NCBI RefSeq assembly: GCF_009834535.1
Contig: NC_045696.1
Coordinates: 39,558,001 to 39,622,000, forward strand
Length of the DNA: 64,000 bases
Source of the DNA: Camelus ferus
Taxonomy: Eukaryota
Direction of reading: 5' to 3'
Numbering within the stretch: the first letter of the stretch is position 1; every line of letters starts with the position of its first letter. Below the pieces are notes generated by a model. That model did not search any database, was not told the origin of the DNA, and saw nothing but the letters and a program-made list of their open reading frames with translations. Positions 1-10,752 of the stretch are shown piece after piece. Both the position numbers and the translations under genes were made by a program.

Positions 1-177
1 AGCGTATTTCCTTAAAAGGATACTCATGTATATGCTTCCTCCAAAATCTTGAACTTGTTAATGATGCCCTAGATAGGGTCAAATGGAAGACTCCATAATG
101 AGAGAGAAAAACCACCACTTGGAACAAAACTCCTGGTGAGATGCTCAACTCTGCCGATGATTTCAGCAAATCATTAC

Positions 178-200
178 CTTTCTAGCATCAGAGTTCTTAC
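178..200 (-). other. Candidate 23-nt micro-exon GTAAGAACTCTGATGCTAGAAAG
   Basis: Acceptor ctcctctttttacag, donor AAG|GTAATG. Confidence 0.35.
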
Positions 201-1119
201 CTGTAAAAAGAGGAGGGTGTCTAGCTTTTCAGTTCTGAATCTCTTTTCTGCTGTGACACACCTAGTGGATGAAGATCTCATAAACAAAAAATGTCCACTG
301 AGGAAGCCCCAAAACATTTTCAGAGATAGACAGCAAAGAGCAGGTAGATTTTTAAAAATCTGTTTGTTGGTGGCTTTATTTTAACATAATATGTGAGGCT
401 ATGATATATATAGTCCACTGAGAGCCAAATAAAGGGTCAGCGAATGAATTTTATTTCCCTCTAGTAGAGTGACTGATATAATGGTTTATGGAGACCTGTT
501 TGGTTTTGACATAGCATTTCTAAAAGCCTTTATAAACTTGTGAGTTAAGAAGACTGCCATTTATTTCAGAAGCAAAAATAGAACTAAATTCTTAAAATTT
601 TCTTTTCCAAAATGATATTTGATATATTTAAGTTCCTTACTCCAAGATAAACTAAACTGAATAGATTTCTTTTTGCCTTGGCATATTTCATCTTCTGATG
701 GGACTCTCTAAAAGGGGAATAGAGCAAAGAGCATGTGCTCCCTGGAGCAATGTTTCTGGGAATAATGGTTTGGAAACGCTTCTGTGATGATGAGTATCAA
801 AGATTTAGAGAAGGAGACCTTGGTCCTAATTCTGCTGTGATGTTAGGAAAATCATTGAAGTTTCAGTTTCATCCCGTGTAATTACTGGTGCACAGCTGTA
901 TTTCCAAGAACTAAAGTAAATACAAAATAAATGAGTAAATTCTTAATAATTAATATGTTGTTGGATGAGGACAGATGCTTATTCTTACTATAGACAGAGT
1001 CAGTTCTTGTGACACATTTAAAATTTCTTCCTACTGACTGGAGTCATGGGAATTTGTTCCAAACGGACAATTTAATAAGCACCCATTAAGTGACCTGCTA
1101 TGTACTTTGAAAAATTCCT

Positions 1120-2009
1120 CTCTCAATTATTACTCCCTCTGCCCCCTCCCCGAATGTAACCACTATCCTGACTTCTAATGCCATCATTTAGTTTGGGGGA
1201 CATTTTTATTCTGGGTTTTTTTAAGATTTGATTGTGATAAGTACACAGCATGAGATATATCCTCTTAAACTTTGAGTGTACATTGTTGTTGACTACAGGT
1301 ACAATGTCGTAGAGTTTATTCACCTTACTTTAACTAATACTTTGTCTGTTGAATAATACCATCATTTAGTTTGGCCTGATTTTCAAGCTTAATACATATT
1401 GAATCATACAGTGTGTATCAGTTTGTATCTGGCTTCTTTCATTCATCATGTTGATGAAATTCATTCATATTTTGCAATAAACAGGAGTTTGTTCATGTTC
1501 ACTGCTGAAGAGTTCTTCCATTGTTTGAATACACCACATTATATTTATCCATGCTTATGTGGGTAAGCATTTGTGGTGTTCCAAGATTGGGGCCATTATG
1601 AGTAGTACCGTGACAATCTGTATTCATGTGTATGCATTTCTGTTCGGAATGTGCATAAGAGCCGAAATTGCTCTGTCATATGGTGTGTGTACAAACCATT
1701 TTCATACACACTGCCAAGCAATTTTCTACAGTGGCTGTGCCAATGTGCTCTCTCACAACCAGTATGAGAGTTCCTCTTCTGTATCTCTGCACTTGGTATT
1801 GACAGTTTTTTCTTTTTCAATTTAGCCTTTCTGTTGGGGATAGGTTATCTGACTGTGGCTTGATTTACATTTCCCTGATAACTAATGGGGTTGAACATCT
1901 TTTCATAAATTTGCTGATCATTTGGCTATCCTCTTTTGTGAAGTACTTGTTTAAAAGCTTTTCTGAGCATATTTTAAATTGGGTTGTCTGTCCTATTGTG
2001 ATTTTTTTA
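1120..2009 (-). mobile_element. Ancient L1 (L1M-type) 3' region fragment
   Basis: Antisense L1 3'UTR/ORF2-end motifs (ctggcttctttcattca, tttacatttccctgataactaatggggttgaacatcttttcata); interrupted by a younger insertion at 1197-1358. Confidence 0.75.
1197..1358 (-). mobile_element. 5'-truncated L1 3' end (L1MA8/9-like) with 16-bp TSD
   Basis: Direct repeat ccatcatttagtttgg at 1181-1196 and 1359-1374; body catgagatatatcctcttaa...gttgactacaggtacaatgt resembles the L1MA 3' end. Confidence 0.75.
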
Positions 2010-2020
2010 AGTAATTCTTT

Positions 2021-2567
2021 TTTTTCTTTTTTTAAATTGAGTTATAGTCAGTGTACAATGTTGTGTCAATTTCTGCTGTACAGCACAATTCTTCAGTCAT
2101 ATATAAATATACATATATTCATTTTCTTATTCTGTTTCACTATGAGCTACTACAAGATATTGAATATATTTCCCTGTGCTATACAATGTGAACTTGTTTA
2201 TCTATTTTATATATACCTGTCTGTATCTGCAAATCTCGAACTCCCAGTTTATCCTTTCCTACCCCGCTCCCCCTGGGAACCACAAATCTATGTTTGTGAG
2301 TATGTTTCTGTTTTTCATATAAGTGCATTTGTCTTCTTCTTTTTTTTAATATTCCACATATAAGTGATATCATATAGGTATTTTTCTTTCTCTTTCTGGC
2401 TTACTTCACTTAGAATGACATTCTCCCGGGACATCTATGTTGCTGCAAATGGCATTATTTTATCATTTTTAATGGCTGAGTAGTATTCTGTTATATAAAT
2501 ATACCACAACTTATTTATCCAGTCATCTGTCGATGGACATTTAGGTTGTTTCCATGTCTTGGCTATT
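2021..2567 (-). mobile_element. Young (camelid-type) L1 3' fragment
   Basis: T-tract then attgagttatagtcagtgtacaatgttgtgtcaa; TSD agtaattcttt at 2010-2020 and 2568-2578; highly similar to 22695-23366. Confidence 0.9.
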
Positions 2568-2578
2568 AGTAATTCTTT

Positions 2579-3062
2579 ATTTTTTTCAACATTTTTTTTT
2601 ATTGAGTTATAGTCAGTTTACAATGTTGTGTCAATGTCCAGTGTAGAGCACAATTTTTCAGTTATACATGAACATACATATATTCATTGTCACATTATTT
2701 TTCATTGTGAGCTACCACAAGATCTTGTATATATTTCCCTGTGCTATACAGTATAATCTTGTTTATCTATTCTACATATGCCTGTCAGTATCTACAAATT
2801 TCTAACTCCCATTCTGTCCCTTCCCTCCCCTCTTGCAACCACAAGTTTGTTTCTGTTTTGTATTTATGTTCTTTTTTTTTTTTTTTTTTTTTAGATTCCA
2901 CATATAAGCAATCTCATGTGGTATTTTTCTTTTTCTTTCTCTTTCTGGCTTACTTCACTTACAGTGACATTCTCCAGGGACATCCATGTTGCTGCAAATG
3001 GCGTTATGTTGTCATTTTTATGGCTGAATAGTATTCCATTGTATAAATATACCAATCTTCTT
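2579..3062 (-). mobile_element. Second young L1 3' fragment abutting the first
   Basis: Same family sequence (attgagttatagtcagtttacaatgttgtgtcaa ... gtattccattgtataaatatacca). Confidence 0.88.
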
Positions 3063-3094
3063 TATAATCTTTTATAATAATCTTTATAGATAAT

Positions 3095-4925
3095 CTTTTC
3101 CTACTTTGTGGTTTGCCTATTCATTATAGTAATGATGTTTCCTGATTAAAAAGAAGTTTTAAATCTAATGTAGCCCAATCTTATCCTTTATGGTTAGTCC
3201 TTTCATCATGCTGAAGAAAGCATTTCCTACCCCAACACTTACGGAGATACTCTTCTGTGGTTTCTTTTAAGAAGTTTTAGATTTTTTTAAACTTTGATTT
3301 TGGTCTAAATCTACCTGAAACTGATTTTTTTTTAATGTGGTGTGGAAAAGGGATTAGGATTTACTTTTTTATGCATATAAATATCCATTTCATTCAGTAC
3401 CATTTACTTGCAAAAAATATTCTTTCCTCACTTCTCTGCAGAATCACCTTTCTCATTAATTCACTCTCCATATGTATGTTCTTTGGATACACTAATTCTG
3501 TTTCAATACTCAATTTTTGGTTCTTAACTATTGCAATAGTGTAGTAAATACTGATATTTAGTACTGTAAGTTCTCCAACTCTTTTCTTTTTCTTCAAAAT
3601 CGTCTTGGCCCTTGCATTGCCATATGCATTTTAGAATTAGCTTGTCAGTTTTTTCACAAACCCTGCTTGGGCTTTCTTAGAATTGTTGTAATGAAGAAGC
3701 ATTGAATTTTATCTCAGTGCTTTTTTGTTTTTATTAAAATGATTACGTGATTTCTCTATTCTGTTAATGTAGTGTAATCCATTGGCAGATTTTCATTAAT
3801 GCTAAACTAACCTTGAGTTCTTGGAATATGATACACCTACTCATGATGTATTGTTCCTTTTATGTATTTTTTTGCTAATATTTGGTTAATATTTTTGTAC
3901 CAACATGATACTAAAATTTGATACTAAAGTTTGCTAGTGTTATAAAATGAGTTGGGAAGAGTTACCTCTTTTTTTATTCTCTAGAAAAGTTTGTTTCTTT
4001 CTTAAGTATTTAGAAGAATTTCTCACTAAAGTCATATGGGCCTAGAATTTTATTTTTTGCATAAAGGATTTTAATTACAGATTCAAAGATCCAATTTCTT
4101 AAATAGATATAGGATTATTTGTGTTTTTCATTTCTTGTATGTATTATGATCAGTTTTGATTTTCTAGGAATTCATCGATTTTATCCAAATTTTCAAATTT
4201 ATTGGCATAAAGTTGTTTAAAATATCTTCTTATGGTGTTTCTAATATTCATAGGATCTGTAGTGATGTATTCTTTTTTATTGTTGATATTATATATGACT
4301 TCATTCTTTTTCTGTATCAACCTTAACCAGGACTTTATCAATGTTATTATTCTTTTCAAAAAACCAACTTTGAGTTAATTGATTCTCTCTATTATAAATT
4401 TGCTTTATATTTTATTAATTTATGCTTTCATCTTTATTATTTTCCTTCTAGCTTCAGTGGGTTTACTTTACAGTTCTTTCTGTAACCCCTTGAGATTAGA
4501 AATTTAGGTATCTGGATATTTAAGTTTTTAATTTATAGACTTTTTAATATTTGCACTTAAATCTATAAATTTCCTTTTAAGCGTGGCTTTTGTCCAACTA
4601 ACAAGTTTAGATATCTATATACTCACTATTATTCACTTTAAATATTTGCTAATTTTTATTGTGATTTTTTTAATAACACTATGCATCATTTAGAATTATA
4701 CTGTTCAATTTCCAAACATTTGGAAAATTTCTACTTTATGTCTTTTAAGTTCACTTTTCTAAACTGACTTCATTGAGTTATAATTTAAATACAACAAAAT
4801 GTACTTATTGTAAGTTTATAGTTCAGTTAATTTTGACAAATGTATGCACCTGTGTAACCTCAAACAATTTCAAGATATTATGCGTTGCCATTGCCTCCCA
4901 TAGAGATCCTTCATGCCTCTTTGCA
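3095..4925 (-). mobile_element. Ancient L1 ORF2 and 3' fragments
   Basis: ORF 4150-4359(-) YITTDPMNIRNTIRRYFKQLYANKFENLDKIDEFLE matches the L1 ORF2 ITTDP...LYANKLENLEEMDKFL segment; L1MB/ME-like 3' end at ~4760-4925. Confidence 0.8.
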
Positions 4926-5255
4926 GGCAGGAGCAGTGGAGTCCACGCTGGAGGCCAGCACTCTCCTGCGAGGAGGCTGAGGCAGGCTGCACGGCTTGTT
5001 GATGAGGCGGTGGTGACCTCATGTCAATGATAAGTTTGAGGACCTGAGAAACAGATGGGGTCTAGAAGATTTAAGGAGGTTCCTCAATTTGACCAATGCA
5101 ACTTCTCCCAGGAATCTTGACCTATCAAAGCCTTTGGTGGCTTTATAGTTCCCAAATGTCTTTTAACAATGGCTTTATGTATTGCCCAGCATCTCTAATT
5201 CTCAAGGGAAGGTTTGGTTTGCAATGAACTACTTCACATTACTAAAAAAGTACAA

Positions 5256-5287
<32 letters not shown>

Positions 5288-5892
5288 TTTTTTAAAGATC
5301 TTATAATAGTAACACAAAATGTTAACCCCAAGTACCACTGACACCCAAACATATCTAAAAAACTAGTTGACATTAGCTGCACAGTAAAATTAGTGGGACA
5401 CCAAGATGCCAGCTCACCTCTTAGATATAAATCACCCTTCACCTCTCTATTGGCTCCTCAGATAAGTTCAGTTGACATTTTCGATGTCAACTTGCTGTTG
5501 ATTTCCTTAGAGTAATCACTGACTGTATTACTCATCTAGTGGAACTTCCCATCCTTACTAAAACACTAATCAGGGGTGGGCCCATTAAAGAAGGGCACAG
5601 AATTTTCCAGTTACATCATCCCCATGGCAGAGAGTTCACAACTGCTTTGTTACATATTTACTATGTGTTTAATTCTGACTGCTGCAAAAACTCAACTCAT
5701 ACTAATCATTATCTCTCCTTCCTTTTCCCAGCCTTAAACCTACCTCTGGTCTAATCTACAGTCTGTAACTCAACTCCTTGTGGCATACGCTAAGAATTTC
5801 AGAGTCTCCTCACCTGTTGTTCCAAAACACTACTCACCTGTATCAACCCTGCAGTTTTTAGCCTCTTCCAAGTTAGGTCAAGGATATTAGTT

Positions 5893-5967
5893 CTTTTTTT
5901 TTTTTTTTAAATTGAAGTATAGCTAATTTACAATGTTGTGTTAGTTTCTGGTGTACAGCATAGTTAT
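5893..5967 (-). mobile_element. Very short L1 3' tail
   Basis: T-tract + aattgaagtatagctaatttacaatgttgtgttagtttctggtgtacagca. Confidence 0.75.
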
Positions 5968-7269
5968 TTGAAACCTCCTTATAGAAATTTACCTACTGTA
6001 TCTTTTCTATATTTTTATGCAATATGAAACAGGAAATACCAATGTAAGGAGCTCTATTAGGACTTCTAAATAAAGGTCTTTTCTTCAATTTGCTACCTTC
6101 TCGGAGCACCTGAGATGCCTCTCTTAGTAAAAAGATCACCTTTTGGAGAATGTTAATAGATGAATGCTTAATGATACAGTTCATAGAAATCCAGAGATAT
6201 TTCATTAGCTTCCTCAAAATAACAAGTTTACTACAGAGATTTTAGGATAATAATCTTTCGTTACTTCTTCCTAATCTGTTATTGTCACCACCATGGGTCA
6301 TCCTTGTCACAGCAATTTGAATATGTGTGGCCACTGGGAAATGATGACCTTTTCAAAGGAATGATGAACTTTCTTCAGCAAAAGGACTGTGTATGGCTGT
6401 GGTACCTTGCTAGAGCCTAATCTATGGGCTACCATCTCAACATCAAGACATACCCTATCACAAAATTGTGCAGTTAAAAAAAAAAGTGTGTGCAGTGTGA
6501 TCTCAGTTGTATGATATATGTGTCTATAAAACATGTAGTGCATGTATGAGAATTCATACTAAAATGTTAACTGATTATATCAGGATTATGGAATTATGTG
6601 TACAAGCTAATTTCTATGCACTAATTTGTGTTTTCATCACTTTATTTATTGAGCATATAATTTTTTTCAAAAAAACTTAAAAGCAAACTGGTCAGAAGCT
6701 TTGCTTTCTTAGGTAAAATACATGTGTTATGCTCTTATAGGTAAGTCAGGAAATAAAAATAAAATGCATAGAACAGGATATGGTACATTATCTGTTCTCA
6801 GAAATGTTAGCTGTTTTGTTATACTGCATAAGAAATTAAATTGATGTTTTTCATAAACTGCAAATTTAAAATATCTATAATTTAATGATGTGGGTCTTAA
6901 AAGAGTATACAGATCTGCAAAGGAACCAAGTAATGTACTAAAACTGCTTGCTTCATTTTTTTTAAATGAGGTATAATTGAAACAGAAAAAAAAAAGATTT
7001 ATAACGACTTTCAGGCAAAGGAATATAAGAGATTTGAAATCAAAACTCTTTAGCTGTGAGTGCTGCCCCTGGTTGGCTAGGGATGTAATCTGGACAGAAA
7101 AAAAAAATGAAAAACTATTTGGAGAGAAAAATGATGAGCAAAAGAAGAGTGGAAGAGGCAAAAGAGGGCAGAAATGGAAAGGAGAGAAGAAAGTTGGAGA
7201 GAATATAAAGATTAGTTGGAGGAAAGAGTAAAGAGAAAGATAAAGTGAGTAATGGAAGAGTGGCATCTA

Positions 7270-7430
7270 CAATGTTACTTACATATGCCAGGCATTCTGC
7301 TAAGTGTTTTACAAAAACTGTCTCATTTAATTTTTTAAACAACTCTCTGAAATTGGCATTTTATTGTCCCTATTTAACATATGAGAAAACAAAGGTTTTT
7401 AGAGTTTAAGTGATTTTCCCCCAGATCATG
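7270..7430 (+). mobile_element. MIR SINE
   Basis: tgccaggcattctgctaagtgtttta...ctcatttaat...atgagaaaacaaagg MIR core. Confidence 0.7.
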
Positions 7431-7954
7431 TATTGCACCTCTTTAATGAGATATGCTTTGTCTCTTTGAATGTCACTTTGGCCTGATTTATCTTCTTGGG
7501 GTGTGATATCCCACCTTCCCATATTAGAAAATAAATGAAAGAATATCTGCTCCTTATTTGATGTCCTCTCTATTGTCATTGTTTTCTATCATCCTGTGAA
7601 TCAAGCAGACTTAATAAGGCTTAAAATAATATGACGAGAAATGTCATAATTTAACACTAATACCATGTTTGTATTTTCCAAACTAAATATTAAATCACTA
7701 ATTTTGACATTATATTCACAAATTTATTATATATAAAATTTTACTAAAGTATAAAGAGAAAAATCGCAGAACACTTTTTTGAAAAGCATTGAATTAAACA
7801 AAATCTGGAGAACTTTTTTATGAATTTTAATGCTGTCACCATAAAGGACTGATATCTGTAACACTGCTCATTTAGTAAGAAAATTATTCCCCTAAAAAAG
7901 CTAAATGGGAAGAGTGGCTGCTGTGAAGTTTTATACTCAATATTTGGATAAAAG

Positions 7955-8075
7955 AGTTCTGGGTTGATAATCAGAGGGTCTGGGTCTAGATTATAGCTCC
8001 TGCTCTGTCAGTTGTGCAATCTTTGCCCCAGCCCCTAACTTTTCTGGGCCTTAGTTTTCTGGTCTGTAAAATAAG
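7955..8075 (-). mobile_element. MIR fragment
   Basis: tctgggtctag...tctgggccttagttttctggtctgtaaaat. Confidence 0.6.
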
Positions 8076-8682
8076 TTTTCAACAATACGTTGCAAAATTC
8101 CTATGACTATATAGCTTTTAAAAAGACAGGGCAGGGAGCTCTCCCATGAGAAGTATTAGATCAAAAAGAACTTTAAAATTATATATTTTACTGTTTCTAA
8201 TAGTTTGCTAAATTTTTTTTCACATGTTTAATCGTGACTATTGACTTTTACTTGGTGCCATAAATTACAGGAGACAAGAGTGGCCAAGGTGGTGGAGTAG
8301 GAAGACCTTGAGTTCACCTCCTCCCATGGGCACACCAAAATTACAACTATTTACAGAGCAACTATTGATGAGAAAGATGTGAAGACTAGCAGGTAAGATC
8401 TTTTGCACCTAAAAATATAAAGAAGGAATCACAATAAGACAGGTGGGAGAGGCAGAGATGCAATATAGTCAGGACCCTAAATCCTGGGTGGGCAACCCAT
8501 AAATGGGATAATTTCAGCTGGAGAGGTTCTCCACAAGAAGTGAGGGGCCTGAGCCCAAATCTGGCTGCACAGTGCAGGGCTCCTACACAAGGAAGGTGAG
8601 CCTCCCGAACACTTGGCCTTGAAAGATAATAGAGCTTACTTTCAGGAGAGCCAGAGGGCTGTGGGAAACAGAGACTGTAGTC

Positions 8683-8790
8683 TTTTTTTTTTTTTTTTTT
8701 CCAGTTTTATTAGGTAGAATTGTTACAATTTGACTGCACATAGACAATATATTGCATGTAAATACATATACACAATATACTGCACATATT
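8683..8790 (-). mobile_element. Short poly(A)-tailed retro-insertion nested in the L1 5'UTR
   Basis: T18 then ccagttttattaggtagaattg (AATAAA a few nt from the tail on minus); flanks agagactgtagtctt / agagactagcctt resemble a TSD. Confidence 0.65.
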
Positions 8791-9389
8791 CAGAGAGACT
8801 AGCCTTAAAGGGTGCATACAAAATCTCACATGCTCCAAAATTCAGGACAGAAGCAGTAATATGAAAGAAGCCTGGGTCAGACCCACCTGCTGATCTTGGA
8901 GAGCCTCCCATAGAGGTAAAAGGCAACTGCCACTCTATTTGGGGACATAGATGCTGGTGACAGCCATTTTTAGGTGTTAGTCTACCATGAGGGCACTGGT
9001 GCTGGTAGGCACCATTCTGGAAACTTCCCTCCAGCTTGTCAGCTCTGAGACCTGGCCCCACCCACCAGCCTGTCAGCACAAGTAGAGGAACACCTCAGTG
9101 CAAGCACATAGCTAGGCAGGGTCACAGCCCCACCAACCAGCAGCTCAGCAGCCTCCATACAAGACAAGTCCTGGCAACCAACTGAACTGGGGGCCAGCCA
9201 TGACTACTGCATCACCCACAGTAGTCAACCTGCTACAGCAGAAGGGCCCAGGAAGCCGACACAGGGGGCACTTCTAGAGCAGATAGCTCTGGTGACCAGA
9301 GAGAACACATAGGAATCTCCTCCTCTAAGACTGGGAAATGTAACCAACTCACCAAATACAAAGAAACAAAAACAGTGAATTAGATAAAA

Positions 9390-10266
9390 ATGAGCAACAG
9401 AGAAATATGTTCCAAATGAAGGAACAAGATAAAACCCTAGAAGGAGAACTATGTGAAGTGGAGATAAGCAATCTACCCAATAAAGGTTCAAGGTAATAAA
9501 CATAAAGATGCTCAAGGAACTCAGGAGAAAATGTATGAACAAATGAGAAGTTAGAAGTTTGAAACAAAGGATTAGAATATATAAAGAAGAACCAAACAGG
9601 GATGAAGAATACAGTAACTGAAATGAAAAATACACTAAAAGAAATCAACAGCAGATTAGGTCATACAGATCAGTAAACAGGAAGACAGGGTAGTGGAAAT
9701 CACTGAAGCTGAACAGAAAAAAACAAAAGAAAATTTGAAAAATGAGAACAATTTCAAAGACCTCTGGGGCAACATCAAGCACACTAACATTTGCATTATA
9801 GGGATTCCAGAAGGAGAAGAAAGAGAGAAAGGGGAAGAGCACACATTTGAAGACGTAGTAGCTGAAAATTTCCTTAACCTGGGAAAGGAAACAGATACTC
9901 AATTCCAGGCAGCACAGAGAGTCCCTAACAGGATCAACACAAAGAAGACCACACTAAGACATACTGTAATTAAAATGGCAAAATTAAAGAAGAGAGAGTA
10001 TTAAAAGCATCAAAAGAAAAGCAACAAGGGAACTCCATTAAGGCTATTAGCTGACTCTTCAGCAAAAACTCTGCAGGCCAGAAGGGAGTGACATGATATA
10101 TTTAAAATGTTGGAAGGGAAAATACCTACAACCAAGAACACTCTACCTGGCAAGGCTTTTATTCAGATTTGATGGAAAGATAAAAAGTTTTACAGACAAG
10201 CAAAAGCTAAAAGAGTTAACCACCGTGAAACCAGCTTTACAAGAAATGTTAAAGGTACTTCTCTAA
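9390..10266 (+). pseudogene. L1 ORF1p remnant (frameshifted)
   Basis: ORF 9693-10004 (DLWGNIKHTNICIIGIPEGEERE...ENFLNL...AQRVPNRIN...RHTVIKM) is typical ORF1p RRM sequence; broken by stops and frameshifts. Confidence 0.9.
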
Positions 10267-10752
10267 GCAAAAAAGAAAGGCCACAACTAGAAATATGAAA
10301 ATTTCTAGGTAAAGGAAATCTCATTAGTAAAGGAAAATATACAGTAAAGGCAGTAAATCAACCACATATAAAGCTAGTAGGATGACTGAAAGACAAAAGT
10401 AGTTAAATCATCTGTATCTATGATTAGTAGTTAAGGGATACACAAAGCAAAAATATGTAAAATATTAATTTAAAACAGTAATCACCAGCAGGGGAAAGTG
10501 AAAATGCAGGGTTGTTAAAATGCATTTGAAGTTAAGAGATCAGCAACTTAAAATAATCACATATATATAGATTGCTGTATATAAACTTCATGGTAACCAC
10601 AAGCCAAAAATAAGTAATAGATACACAAAGAAAAGAAAAAGAAATCCAAACTTTAACACTAAATTTAGTCATCAAATCACAAGGGAAGAGAGCAAAAGAA
10701 AAAGAAAGGACTAAAAAAGAACTACAAACACAACCCCAAAACAATTAAGAAA

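Noticed and set aside
1860..3031. Phe/Leu/Ile-rich 'membrane protein' ORFs (also 22881-23253)
   Set aside because: Antisense translations of L1 3'UTR sequence.
5470..5492. Perfect 9-bp hairpin agttgacat-tttcg-atgtcaact
   Set aside because: Too short to exceed chance in 64 kb; no pre-miRNA-length stem.
6727..7342. 179-aa hydrophobic ORF (-) and Lys/Glu-rich ORF (+)
   Set aside because: Artefacts of a purine-rich low-complexity tract at ~7090-7260.
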